Shown here: positions 30,567 to 40,379 of the stretch, piece after piece
Position numbering within the stretch: position 1 is the first letter of the stretch
How the letters are laid out: the number at the start of each line of letters is the position of its first letter
Source: an uncultured delta proteobacterium
GTDB taxonomy: Bacteria; Desulfobacterota; Binatia; UBA9968
Reading direction: 5' to 3'
Assembly (NCBI GenBank): GCA_963771465.1
Contig: CAVYTU010000005.1
Location: forward strand, 32,001 to 96,000
Length of the DNA stretch: 64,000 nt
Notes under the pieces: generated by a model
The model's database searches: none
What the model was told of the DNA's origin: nothing
Seen by the model: only the letters and a program-made list of their open reading frames with translations
Program-made: the position numbers and the translations under genes

Positions 30567-30728
30567 ATGAGTGACACTTCAAGACCACTTATAGCTCTCG
30601 GTTTTACCATCCTGATGTTGATTGGTCTGTTGGTCTTCGATCCAAGGCCGGTACGCTTTGCTGCGCTCGCGGGCGATAGCGAATCGAAAGTTACTGAGCT
30701 CGGCCTGCGCTTTACTATGCAACGTTAG
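30567..30728 (+). CDS. 53-aa single-TM small protein (below ORF-track cutoff)
   Basis: SD AGGAGGT; MSDTSRPLIALGFTILMLIGLLVFDPRPVRFAALAGDSESKVTELGLRFTMQR*. Confidence 0.6.
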   Translation: MSDTSRPLIALGFTILMLIGLLVFDPRPVRFAALAGDSESKVTELGLRFTMQR

Positions 30729-30783
30729 TCTGGCTGTCCGATACTCGCCGCGTTCACCGATCACGGCGTTTCGTTCTCGTTAG

Positions 30784-31780
30784 TTAAAACCGGCCTTCTT
30801 TCTCTAGTTTTCTAAGCACGCTGTCGTCGATCAATTCTTCAGCTTTTAACCGGCGAATCTTTTCATTGGTTGTGCCGAGCAGGCGGATCACGTTGCGAAT
30901 GCCGTCGACGCTTGGATAAATTTTCTTGTCATAGATTGTCGGCAAGCTTTGATAGCCTTCCTCGGCGTCTTCGAGCCGCGGCAGACGCATGCCTTTAGCA
31001 ACGGCGCGGATCACTTCAGATTTGTTGGCGGGATTCCTGATAAAAGTCACCGCGTCGAGTAATCCTTTGAAAACACTTTCGGCGGTCGCCGGTGACGACT
31101 TCATGAAGCTGCGCCGTGAGATCAGCCCCGAGCCTTGGTAGGCGATCGGCAGCTTTTCTACGTCGGCGAGCACCGTGTAGCCTTTGTTTTGTAGATTCTT
31201 TCCATGCGCATAACCGACCAGGACGGCGTCCACTGTGCCGGCCATGAAACCTTGCACCATGACGGTTTGATCGCCGAGTGAACGAAACTGTATTTTGTCA
31301 CGCTCCGGCGACAGGCCCCAGTGATCGAGCGTGAGCATGGAAAAAATCCAGCCGCCGCCGCTCAGGCTATTGACGCCGACGCTTTTGCCTCTCAAGTCAG
31401 CCGGAGTTTTGATCTTCGGATGAGCCATGAACATGCCAGTGAGCCGGTTAATGAAGCCGGCGACGAAAACTAGCTCTGCGCCTTCGGCGATGGCGCCGAG
31501 ATTGGCGCCGGACACCGAGCCCCAGTGAAACTGCGATTCACCCGAGCTGAGCGCGGCCATGCCGATGGGCCCGCTGCGCGTCTGGACGAAGTGTACGTCG
31601 ACACCGTATTTGCGGAAGTAGCCTTGCTCCTGCGCGACATAGATCGCCGCTTCACGCTCGCTCACCGAGCCGGTGGTGAGCAGGACTTTGGTGAGCGGCG
31701 CGGCCGCGTCGAGCGGATTCAAACGGAGCCGCAAGAATCGAGGGACACAATTAGCAATCCAAATGAACGAACCATCATCG
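30784..31780 (-). CDS. NMT1/SsuA-like ABC substrate-binding protein (5' end frameshifted, start approximate)
   Basis: YVAQEQGYFRKYG; DLRGKSVGV. Confidence 0.85.
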
Positions 31781-31814
31781 CAATAAATCTCCGTTCAACT
31801 CGCAGGATTTCATT

Positions 31815-32810
31815 TCACTTGATCAACTTGGTCGCGCGGGCGAGCAACTCCGGCGGAATCGTTAGGCCGATCTGCTTGGCTGTTTTCAGATTGACGACAA
31901 ACTCGAACTTCATCGGCTGCTCAACTGGTAGATCGGCAGGCTTCGCGCCCTTGAGAATTCTGTCGATGTAGTATGCGACGCGCCGGTAGCTGTCCGCTTG
32001 GTCCGCCGCGTAGTACATGAGCCCACCAGCATTTACATATTCACTTCTGAGGTACATCGACGGCAACCGGCTCTTTAACGCCAAGGCCCACAATCCGTTT
32101 TTGGTTAGCACGTCATTAGCGGGCTCGCGAGCACGTAGAGTCCATCCGGGCGCTGCTTGTTCAGCGCAGCGAATACCTTCTCGAAACCGTCCGCATCTCG
32201 TAGCTCCCAAGGCTGAATAGTCAACCGCAGCGCACGCGCCGCGGCTGGGAGAACCTCTTTCAGCTCGAGTGCACTGCCCAGAGTAGCCGGATCGTAGAGA
32301 ACCGCGACACGGGCAAGTTTCGGAACGGCTTCTTTGAGCAGCTCCAGCCGCTTCCCGCCTAGGTCTCTGGTAAGGTTTGTAATGCCGGTGACGTTGCCGC
32401 CAGGACGGGCAAGGCTTTCAATTAGGCCCGTCTTGACAGGATCGACCCCAGCGCCCACCATAACGATAGGAATCGTCTTGGTCGCGTTCTTGGCCGCCTG
32501 GACCAGATCTGGCCCCGCCTGCTGCCACGATGATATCGACCTTGAGACGCACCAGCTCGGCCGCAAGCTCAGGAAACCGATCCCGCTTCCCCTCCGCATA
32601 TCGGTACTCGATGGCGATGTTCTGTCCTTCTATGTAGCCACGCTCGCGCAGAGCCAGCCGAATTCCCTTGGAACGGGTGGACTCACTAGCTGGATCGACA
32701 TTTGATACATACCCTATCAGAGGGACTTTCTTCGGCTGCTGCGCCCGGGCTGGAAAGGGAAGAGCCAAGAGTATCGAGCAGAAAGCTCGCCGAGTGATTC
32801 TGGTTTTCAT
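31815..32810 (-). CDS. ABC_sub_bind (Trp/Tyr-type) substrate-binding protein, frameshifted
   Basis: GYIEGQNIAIEYR, SLARPGGNVTG, GAKPADLPVEQP..F..NLKTAK. Confidence 0.85.
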
Positions 32811-32833
32811 TGGGTTGCTCACGTTACAGACGA

Positions 32834-32916
32834 ATGGAGTGTTGGAGTAATGGAGTATTGGCATGTGTCCGGACCAATCACTCCATCACTCCAATACTCC
32901 ACTATTCCATCACTCC
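32834..32916. repeat. 8-bp periodic inverted repeat (TGGAGT.. / ..ACTCCA)
   Basis: atggagtgttggagtaatggagtattgg ... ccaatcactccatcactccaatactccactattccatcactcc. Confidence 0.85.
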
Positions 32917-32922
32917 GCCTTC

Positions 32923-33484
32923 TCACGGCGTATTTTGCACCACCGGACGATTCAGCAACCGGTTCATCCAAGCTTTGACAATGGGTATGTCATCGCCAAT
33001 CGTCGCTTGATAGCGTTCGAGCCGGCAGAAGAACGGGATGTAGGTGATGTCGGCCAACGAGTAGTCGCCGGCGATAAAATCTTTGTTGCGCATCTCTTGA
33101 TTCAAAGTCGCCAGATGTTGCTTCATCTGTTCTTTGGACTTTTCGACTTGGTAGTCGTGCGCGACATTACCCGCGGCCGGCTTGTAAGCGCGTGTTGGCG
33201 AAGTCGATCCAGATGCGCGCCCGCGCCCGTTGGTAGGGATCTTTCGGCATCAGCGGTATCGCGGGAAATTTTTCCTCCAAGTATTCATCGATGATCGCCG
33301 ACTCGTAGATCACTGCATCGCCATCTTCCAACACGGGGACTTTGCCGTAGGGATTGCGCTCGAGCAGCTCTTTCGATTTGTTCTTCAAGTCGCACTCGAT
33401 GAGATCGTATGAGATGTTCTTTTCGGCCAGGACAATCCTTGTCCTGTGGGCGTAGGGTCAAGGCTGATAGGAAAACAATTTCAT
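32923..33484 (-). CDS. Glutathione S-transferase, probable selenoprotein (UGA at codon 9); frameshift ~33180
   Basis: SD GGAGGT; MKLFSYQP-UGA-PYAHRTRIVLAEK...NPYGKVPVL...YESAII; C-domain FIAGDYSLADI. Confidence 0.85.
33428..33446 (-). promoter_or_regulatory. Putative bacterial SECIS hairpin
   Basis: CAGGACAA-GGA-TTGTCCTG begins 11 nt after the UGA at 33460-33458. Confidence 0.75.
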
Positions 33485-33732
33485 GATTCACCTCCGTGGT
33501 TAAAGTTTAGTCGACGAGCCATTGGCAACGAATATAGGGGAGGCAGTAGACAATAGGCAACCGAAAAGGCATGGGGCGAGAGGCATGTAGTCATGGCCGC
33601 CGCTTTCAGCAAATTTCTTGGTGCGCGTAAAATAGGGCAGACAAACTGCGGCGTCAAGGAGAAATCTCCCCGCTATCGTTGTCTCGTTACGCATGTTTGT
33701 GGTTTAGAAATGAACCAGAGGAGTAACCAACA

Positions 33733-34773
33733 ATGCTGTTACCATTTCGTGAACACTTAGACTTCGGACCGACGCCGTATGATTTGCTGCAACAGAAAGA
33801 AGGAATTCCGATCGTCAAAGGCAATGTCGTTAAGGACGTGACGACTTTGGAGCTGGGCCATTGGCAGCGCATGGGCGTTCCCGGTTGTTATATAAACTTA
33901 TCCAACCAGCAGCGGACCGATGCTTACGTGTGCGAGATTCCGCCGAGCGGCCAGAGCTTGCCGCAGCGCCACCTCTTCGAAGAAATTGTTTATGTCGCCA
34001 AGGGACACGGTGCGACCTCGGTATCGCAGGAGGGCACAGCGAAGGTGACGTTCGAGTGGGGACCGGGGGCGATCTTCGCGATCCCGCTCAATTCGACCTA
34101 CGTGCACTTCAACGGCTCGGGCAACGAGGTGATCCGTTTGTTTGTCGGCACGACTTGTCCGGCCATGATCAATATTTTTCACAATGAGGATTTTATCTTT
34201 CGCAATCCGTTCAACTTTCGCGATCGCTTTCACGAGGGCGATGAGTTCCTTCGTTACAACAAGCATGTGACGGATCGCTACTGGGAGACCAATCTGGTTC
34301 CCGACGTCAACCAATTCCCGCTCGACGATTTTCCGATGAAGGGGAAGAACGTCAAGCATATGCGCTATACATTGGCGGATACGACCTACGGTTGTCACGT
34401 GTCGGAATTCCCCGCGGGCTGCCGCAGCACGTTTCACCGTCACGGGCCCGGCGCTGTCATCATCATCACGCAGGGCGAAGGTTACGTGGTGTTGTGGAAG
34501 GACGGCGAGGAGCGCCAGCGCCATGAATTTCAAGTCGGCACGGTGTATTCGCCCGACGATCTCATGTGGCACGGCCATTTCAATACTGGTACGGGGACGA
34601 TGCGCCACTTCGCCATGCGCGGCGACAGCCCGAAATACAGCCACGACCGCTTTCGCAATCCGGCCTGGACGATGATTCCAATGAGCGACGAGGACCCGGC
34701 GATCCAGCGAGAATACGTCGAGATTCTCCAGCGCAAAGGGGTGAAAGCGGCGCTGCAGGTGGTGGAAGACTGA
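33733..34773 (+). CDS. Bicupin protein (gentisate-dioxygenase-like fold)
   Basis: QRHLFEEIVYV..G.G; FHRHGPGA; WHGHFN. Confidence 0.8.
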   Translation: MLLPFREHLDFGPTPYDLLQQKEGIPIVKGNVVKDVTTLELGHWQRMGVPGCYINLSNQQRTDAYVCEIPPSGQSLPQRHLFEEIVYVAKGHGATSVSQEGTAKVTFEWGPGAIFAIPLNSTYVHFNGSGNEVIRLFVGTTCPAMINIFHNEDFIFRNPFNFRDRFHEGDEFLRYNKHVTDRYWETNLVPDVNQFPLDDFPMKGKNVKHMRYTLADTTYGCHVSEFPAGCRSTFHRHGPGAVIIITQGEGYVVLWKDGEERQRHEFQVGTVYSPDDLMWHGHFNTGTGTMRHFAMRGDSPKYSHDRFRNPAWTMIPMSDEDPAIQREYVEILQRKGVKAALQVVED

Positions 34774-34777
34774 AGAG

Positions 34778-35238
34778 AATTAAAAATGCAAAATTAAACA
34801 TTAAAAAAGGGGAGGCGACCATGGAATTAAATAAGGCGCCGGCCATTACGGTGAGATGCTTCGATTTTGCCGTCAACGTCGTTGCTTCTGTCAAAAACTC
34901 GACACGAAGCCGGGAGTAAGCCGGATTTTGAGTCGGCAGCTTCTACGATCTGGCACCTCAGTGGGAGCGAATGTCGAAGAAGCACAAGCCGCGCAAAGCA
35001 CCGCGGACTTTGTCAGCAAATGTTCGATCTCACTCAGAGAAGCCCGCGAATCAAATTATTGGCTGCGATTGTTGGAAGCCTCGGGCGAAAATGCAAGTGA
35101 TGACCTCAAGCTCTTGGCGCGTGAAGCGGATGAACTATCACGTATCATCGGTACGATCATTGTCAAAACTAAGAACCGGCGAAAAGATCAGTAAACTTGC
35201 TTCCCCTTTTTTAACTTTTAATTTTGAATTTTTAATTA
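34778..35238. mobile_element. Putative cassette: four-helix-bundle gene enclosed by ~41-bp inverted repeats of 7-bp units
   Basis: Left arm 34778-34818 matches the reverse complement of right arm 35197-35237 at 36/41 by eye. Confidence 0.6.
34821..35194 (+). CDS. Four helix bundle protein (TIGR02436/23S-IVP-like), frameshift ~34885
   Basis: R.FDFA..V; QLLRSGTSVGANVEEAQAAQS.ADF.SK.SISLREARES.YWL.LL. Confidence 0.9.
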
Positions 35239-36381
35239 TCTCAGCGGCAGCTCCTCCGCCTTCAGTCCGAACCAGTTCTTGGCATTCTCACCCAGGACGT
35301 GTCTCAGCTTGTCTTCCGTCATACCGGGGATTTTTCTTACTTCTTTAACCGAGTCGGGGAATTCGGAATCCCAGTGGCGGTAGTCGGAGGCGTACATGAC
35401 TTGGTTGATGCCGATGGTGTCGAGCACGTAGGGCAAGATCGCTTCTTCCGGCTCGCAGGTGAAGGCAACTTGCGAGCTCTTGATGATTTCGGACGGTTTG
35501 CGTTTGAGCAGCGGCCACTGTGGGCGGAGCTTGTGAAAATGCTCGTCCAATCTTTCCGACCAGAATGGCAGCCAGCCGCAGGCGCCTTCCATGAAGCCAA
35601 CTTTGAGTTTGGGAAAGCGGTCGAACACGCCTTCGCCGATCATGTGCATGAGTGCGATCATTAATTCAAAAGGGAACGCGGTCATGTGCACGTAGCTGTA
35701 TTTCTCCATGCGCTCGCTGCCGGCGCCCATAACGCCCCAGACACCGTACTGGCCGTCATGTTCGGTTTGTGGATGGACCGACAACGGTATGCTCAGGTCC
35801 TGCGCGGCGGCGTAAACCGGATCGAACATGCGGTGGCCCAAATTGATGCCATAAACATTGGTCGGTAGCATGGCGGTGACGATGGAGGCGCGCTGCTTGG
35901 CGAGAAATTCCAACTCCTTCACCGCCGCCGGCGGGTCTTGCACCGGGATTAGACCAACACCTTTCAAACGTTTCGGATCAGGGGCGAGATATTCTTCGAC
36001 TAACCAGCGGTTGACGGCGTGGCATAGGACCGCGGCGAGCGGCTTGTCGGCCATGCCGTTAACCATCAACGCGATCGAGGTGCCGAAAATGATCGCGACA
36101 TCGATGCCTTCCTCATCCATGTCAGGCAAGCGCTTGAGTGGGTCGGTCATGCCCGGCCGGCTGCGTTCGATGTGCTCGGCGAAAACTTCGCCGCGATCGG
36201 CGCCGCCGCCCCAACGGCGTCGGCCGGCGAGGCGGCCTTCGATCATCAAGTGGGAATAACCGGAACTGTCGGTGACGCGGTTGGGCGCGAGATGGGCCAT
36301 TTCCTTCGGCATCCACTTCGCCAATTGATTATCCGGTTCGTAGCAATGTCCGTCGGCATCGATCACGAAGTTGGACGTCAT
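35236..36381 (-). CDS. Amidohydrolase-2 family protein
   Basis: IDADGHCYEP; RLPDMDEEGID; MYASDY.HWD. Confidence 0.9.
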   Translation of the reverse strand: MTSNFVIDADGHCYEPDNQLAKWMPKEMAHLAPNRVTDSSGYSHLMIEGRLAGRRRWGGGADRGEVFAEHIERSRPGMTDPLKRLPDMDEEGIDVAIIFGTSIALMVNGMADKPLAAVLCHAVNRWLVEEYLAPDPKRLKGVGLIPVQDPPAAVKELEFLAKQRASIVTAMLPTNVYGINLGHRMFDPVYAAAQDLSIPLSVHPQTEHDGQYGVWGVMGAGSERMEKYSYVHMTAFPFELMIALMHMIGEGVFDRFPKLKVGFMEGACGWLPFWSERLDEHFHKLRPQWPLLKRKPSEIIKSSQVAFTCEPEEAILPYVLDTIGINQVMYASDYRHWDSEFPDSVKEVRKIPGMTEDKLRHVLGENAKNWFGLKAEELPLR

Positions 36382-36537
36382 AAATTCTCCTTTTTTGGCC
36401 GGGCGAGATTTTGTTTTCTTCCTAGTTGGGTTCTGCAACAATTGCAACTGAAACGATTGCGCGGGCGGCTAGTTTCTGGTTAGCAAGGATGGAGTAAGTG
36501 GATTCACCGCGGCGGGAGCATTGGCGGAGAGGAAATT

Positions 36538-36966
36538 ATGAAACGAACGATTGTTGCGCTGGTTATGTTGCTATTGGTCGCCGAGGGCGCTCAAGCGGCG
36601 TGGCTTTTGTGGAGGCATAGCCTGGTGACCCGACGAGTCGAGGGAACACCGCGCGGGCTTTTACCCGAGGGTAACGTTGACAAATGGGAATTGCTCAATG
36701 CGGTCGATCTGCGCAAAGAATGCGTCACGGCGCTCAGAGCTGACCATAAAAAGAGCATCGACAATTTAACGGCGGTCTATCCCAACGAGCCGGTATCACA
36801 ATCGATCATCGCCGATGGAGTCAGTGCGTCGGTATCCGCCGGCGCGGAGAAAAGCGGCGGCGGGCCATCGGCGCGCACGACGCAGCTTTATTATGAATAC
36901 ACTTTTTGGTGCCTGCCGGCGGGAGTCGATCCAAAACTCATCAAGCCCGTCCCCGAGAGAAAATAG
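36538..36966 (+). CDS. Secreted hypothetical protein
   Basis: Sec signal ...AQA|AWLLW; C-terminal CLPAGVDP. Confidence 0.7.
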   Translation: MKRTIVALVMLLLVAEGAQAAWLLWRHSLVTRRVEGTPRGLLPEGNVDKWELLNAVDLRKECVTALRADHKKSIDNLTAVYPNEPVSQSIIADGVSASVSAGAEKSGGGPSARTTQLYYEYTFWCLPAGVDPKLIKPVPERK

Positions 36967-37055
36967 CCGGGCGCAAATTCCTTGGAGAAGACTGGAACCG
37001 TTCGGTCATACCTTTCTACTACAGTTATCGCGCCGCGCCGAAAGCGTAGCTGAAG

Positions 37056-38092
37056 CTATTGACTGGCCGGCGCCAGCGCATAACCGGTACCGGCTTTGGG
37101 CAGGCCGAACTGACAGCGGGCAAGCAGGAAGCGGTCGAACTCCTGATCGGTGGAAAATTTAAATCGCACCGCGTCGCTTTGATGCCATAATTCGCGCGAC
37201 GGCACTTGGCATTGATTGCACCGGATGCCATTTTCGCAGTTGGCGGCCGGCGCGGCCAAAGTGGTGATGGTTGCCGTGGTGCCGATGCGCGGATCGGCGC
37301 CGCGCGCGTTGGCACGCACGACGACGCCTTTGCCGCCGTATTCGATCACCGGGAAATTGCGCGCGCGTCGATCCGGGTTCAAATCCACCGGCGCTTCGGT
37401 TAGCACGCCGCTGAGTATTTCATGAGTCTGGGCGTTGAATTCGACTTCTTCGCCGGTCGGCAAGGTGACGAGATTTTTACCGTTGAAGTCGACGATCGCC
37501 GGCAGATAGTTGCGCGGGAAGAAATGCAGCAAAGTAAGCATCAACTCGCTCAGACGAAACTGCCGGTCACGGGACGCCACCCAATCGGTGACGAGTAGGT
37601 GAATGTCCTGGCGCGCCCGCTCGTCGAAACGAAACTGATAATCGCGCGTGTAAAATTGGTTCTTGGCGGCGTCGCGGCGCGGCGTCAAGACGGGATTGCC
37701 GCCGTGGTTGGAAAACTCAAAACCGACGATGGTGCCGTCGCGGGTGCGCCGGTATTGCCATCTCGATTTCTGCGCCGCAGCGCCGGTTCTCGTGCTGACC
37801 GTGGTGTTGTATTGGAGCTTGGGAGAGGCCAGTTCTTTTTGCGGCGCGGCGATGATCGACTCGGGCAGCAGTCTGGGAATCGATGGCAGGACGATTTCGG
37901 GAACGATTTCGGGTATCGCTTCGGGAATCTTGGCGATCTCGACTGGAGTCGTCGTTTCGGGGGTTTGACTAGTTTGTGGTGCATCCGTGCTGGGTGACGA
38001 CGGCAGTGGAGTTTGTTGGCAAGCCATAACGGCCATCGCCGCACCAAGGCGGTTAGCGCAGCACCGAATCGATATCGTCGAAGGCCGTTCAT
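37056..38092 (-). CDS. Hypothetical lipoprotein (5' frameshift likely)
   Basis: 326-aa ORF beginning AVMAC plus Pro/Thr-rich linker; upstream MNGLRRYRFGAALTAL in adjacent frame. Confidence 0.6.
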
Positions 38093-38130
38093 CATTTCAC
38101 TCGCTCACGTCGCCATAGTGTGCCCGTTCT

Positions 38131-38862
38131 TCAACGGCTGCGCAACGCGAGTGGGGCGAGTTGGCTGGCGAGATTGCCGGCGGTGATGACCGTGCGCGGC
38201 GATACCGGGACAGCGGCTGCTTCCAACACCTCGGCGACCCACGTGTTGCAGGTCCGCAAGAGGCTAAATTTCGGCGTTGCCGGATAAAACCGACTGTGGG
38301 GATAAAGGCCCGGTGCCGCCGGCGCGCGGTTGGCGCCTTGGGCTCGAAGAAAAGTTTTTGACAGCGATTCCACCAATCGATTGAATGCGCCGAGGGATAA
38401 TCTGAGTTCGATAATCTCTGCGCCGCGGTAGGCTTGCTCCAGTGTGCCGCTGAAGCCAACCAAGTGAATCACGCTGCCGCTGGACCACAGGGCTGCTTTG
38501 ATGGCGGCAAAGAATCCTGAGTGGGGATCGGGAAAGTAATCCTGGTCGCCCCAACTAAATTCGATGAATTCCGCGCCGGGGAAGTCAGCCGATTCCGGGA
38601 GCTCAGCCGGAGCGATATCATTTTTACTGAGCACAATGGCCGCGTGCCACGAGTCGTGTACGATGAAGAGTGATTTGCACGACGGTTTTTCGGCTTCACA
38701 GGACCAATCCGCCCAAACCTCCGTTGAAAACAGCAGCAGCCACAGCGTGAGAATCCCCATGACGGAGAACGCTGCAATCGGTCGATCGCGCCAAGCCACG
38801 CTTCCAGATAGCCCGCGAGCCGCCGTGAAAGCAATCTCCTCGGCGGTTTCGTCCGGGCTCAT
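38131..38862 (-). CDS. DUF2459 domain protein
   Basis: WHAAI, FSWGD..YF, RFYPA...F....TCNTWVA; start uncertain. Confidence 0.75.
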   Translation of the reverse strand: MSPDETAEEIAFTAARGLSGSVAWRDRPIAAFSVMGILTLWLLLFSTEVWADWSCEAEKPSCKSLFIVHDSWHAAIVLSKNDIAPAELPESADFPGAEFIEFSWGDQDYFPDPHSGFFAAIKAALWSSGSVIHLVGFSGTLEQAYRGAEIIELRLSLGAFNRLVESLSKTFLRAQGANRAPAAPGLYPHSRFYPATPKFSLLRTCNTWVAEVLEAAAVPVSPRTVITAGNLASQLAPLALRSR

Positions 38863-38989
38863 TGCGAGCGTTACACACTTGGCCTTGATTCCGATGATTC
38901 ATTGGATGGCGGGCAAAAGACCGAAGTGCTGCGCCTTAACCATGGACCGGTTTTGCCGAGGGCGAGCCGTCCGAAGAAATGGCCTCGCT

Positions 38990-39195
38990 GCAAGGTCGTC
39001 TTTGAGATCGCGCACGCATTTCTTGTAGAACGCCGACGACATAATTTCGATCGCTTCGAAGCCGGCTTGGTCGAGCCGCTCGGCGATCGGCAACATCACG
39101 CCCGTGCGCATGTTGGAAGCCCACAGGCTGAGCTGGCCGTCGCGCAGCGTCGTGTCGACGAAAAAGATTTTGCCGCCGTGATTGGCTTCCTTCAT
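38990..39195 (-). pseudogene. Truncated pyruvate carboxylase B / oxaloacetate decarboxylase alpha-type carboxyltransferase (N-terminal ~67 codons)
   Basis: FVDTTLRDGQLSLWA.NM...LDQAGFEAIE...LKDD, then similarity stops abruptly. Confidence 0.75.
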
Positions 39196-39209
39196 GGTTT
39201 CAAGAAAGC

Positions 39210-39282
39210 GATGGGCGTGATGGAATTCTGGAGTGTTGGAGTCATGGGTTGCCGAAACTCCAATTCTCTATCACGCCAATTC
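39210..39282. repeat. 8-bp periodic inverted repeat (TGGAGT family)
   Basis: ggcgtgatggaattctggagtgttggagtcatgg ... actccaattctctatcacgcc. Confidence 0.7.
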
Positions 39283-39284
39283 TT

Positions 39285-39614
39285 TTAGTCGAGGTTGACG
39301 TAGAGCCTGATCCAGTTTGTCGGCGTGGCTGTGTGGCCCTGACCGGTGGTGTCTTCGGCGAGAAAAACGTCGCCGGGATAAAAAGTTTTGCTGCTGCCGT
39401 CGCCCACACCGATGGTGACGCTGCCGGTGAGCGTTACCACCCACCGGCGCCTTGGCGCGCGGTGAAAGTTGACGATATGCGGCGCGAAGTCGTCGCGAAA
39501 TAAATGGCTTGTCGCAGGCTTGGTCTCGTTTAAAAATGGCGCCGCTTTGGCCCCATCCAATTCCTCGAAATGCGATTGGCCGTCAGCACCGGCATAGAGT
39601 CGATAGAACTGCAT
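39285..39614 (-). CDS. Small cupin-like protein (paralog of 61957-62286)
   Basis: GADGQSHFE, HRAPRRRW, PGDVFLAEDTTGQGH. Confidence 0.85.
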   Translation of the reverse strand: MQFYRLYAGADGQSHFEELDGAKAAPFLNETKPATSHLFRDDFAPHIVNFHRAPRRRWVVTLTGSVTIGVGDGSSKTFYPGDVFLAEDTTGQGHTATPTNWIRLYVNLD

Positions 39615-39721
39615 CGTTGTCCCTCCAGCAAAATTGCTGCTGAATCTGTAACATCAAAGCGCGCCGCCGTGCCAGCGGTGAAGAGAATTCGATGGGAAAA
39701 GTTAAGTGGAGGGATAGTGTA

Positions 39722-39754
39722 CGGGAAGAGGCGGCAGGTCGCCGCATCTTCCCG
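39722..39754. terminator. GC-rich hairpin downstream of small ORF (terminator- or REP-like)
   Basis: CGGGAAGAgGCGGC aggtc GCCGCaTCTTCCCG; no clear U-tract. Confidence 0.45.
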
Positions 39755-39769
39755 GCAGTCTTTAGCCTG

Positions 39770-39874
39770 TTAAGAAAGGAAAGTGGACTGAAATACGCCC
39801 CAAAGGGTGTAAGCCACCGTCAGCCCCATGGTGCCCCAGATGATGAGTTTTAACCAAATCGGAAAGTCTTCCAT
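39770..39874 (-). CDS. 34-aa single-TM peptide
   Basis: SD GAGGAG; MEDFPIWLKLIIWGTMGLTVAYTLWGVFQSTFLS*. Confidence 0.65.
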   Translation of the reverse strand: MEDFPIWLKLIIWGTMGLTVAYTLWGVFQSTFLS

Positions 39875-39998
39875 GTTGATCTCCTCGGAAAGCGCTGCGC
39901 GCACTCCTGTTCTGTATGACTTGAGATGAGCGGTAACGTCTCGCGCAGCCATAGGAGCGAGACGAACCTCAGCTAAGGTCGGCGGCGGGATAGGAAAA

Positions 39999-40310
39999 TT
40001 AGATGCGCCAAACGGCGTGCCACTCAAAGATCGGCACGCTGTGGCGATGGGAATGTTGCGGTTGGTACAGACTCGTGACGAATGCTAACTCTACGAGTCG
40101 CTCAAGCGCTGGTGCCGCTGCCGCGATCGCGCTCAGGAAAAGAACGCTGTGATCGGTGTCATCGCATTCCGCGTATTCGGTCAGCCTGCTCGGTTGAGCG
40201 GCGACAACCATTGACCGGATGCCGTGTTGATTGGCGCTGAGCAGCGCGCTTTGGTTAACGGCAGCGAAAGCGAAAAGTAAAGCTATGACGACGCGACCCA
40301 TAATTGACAA
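39999..40310 (-). CDS. Hypothetical protein with N-terminal TM and His-rich C-terminus
   Basis: Hydrophobic N-terminus; ends HSHRHSVPIFEWHAVWRI. Confidence 0.45.
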   Translation of the reverse strand: MSIMGRVVIALLFAFAAVNQSALLSANQHGIRSMVVAAQPSRLTEYAECDDTDHSVLFLSAIAAAAPALERLVELAFVTSLYQPQHSHRHSVPIFEWHAVWRI

Positions 40311-40379
40311 CGGACCGCTCGACTATAGCAGTCGTACAAAATGCCGCAACGGCATGGAACCTAGCGCGGCCACCGCCGC

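Noticed and set aside
34821-35194. Four-helix bundle as DGR Avd or as evidence of a 23S rRNA gene
   Set aside because: No reverse transcriptase, TR/VR pair or rRNA sequence in the window
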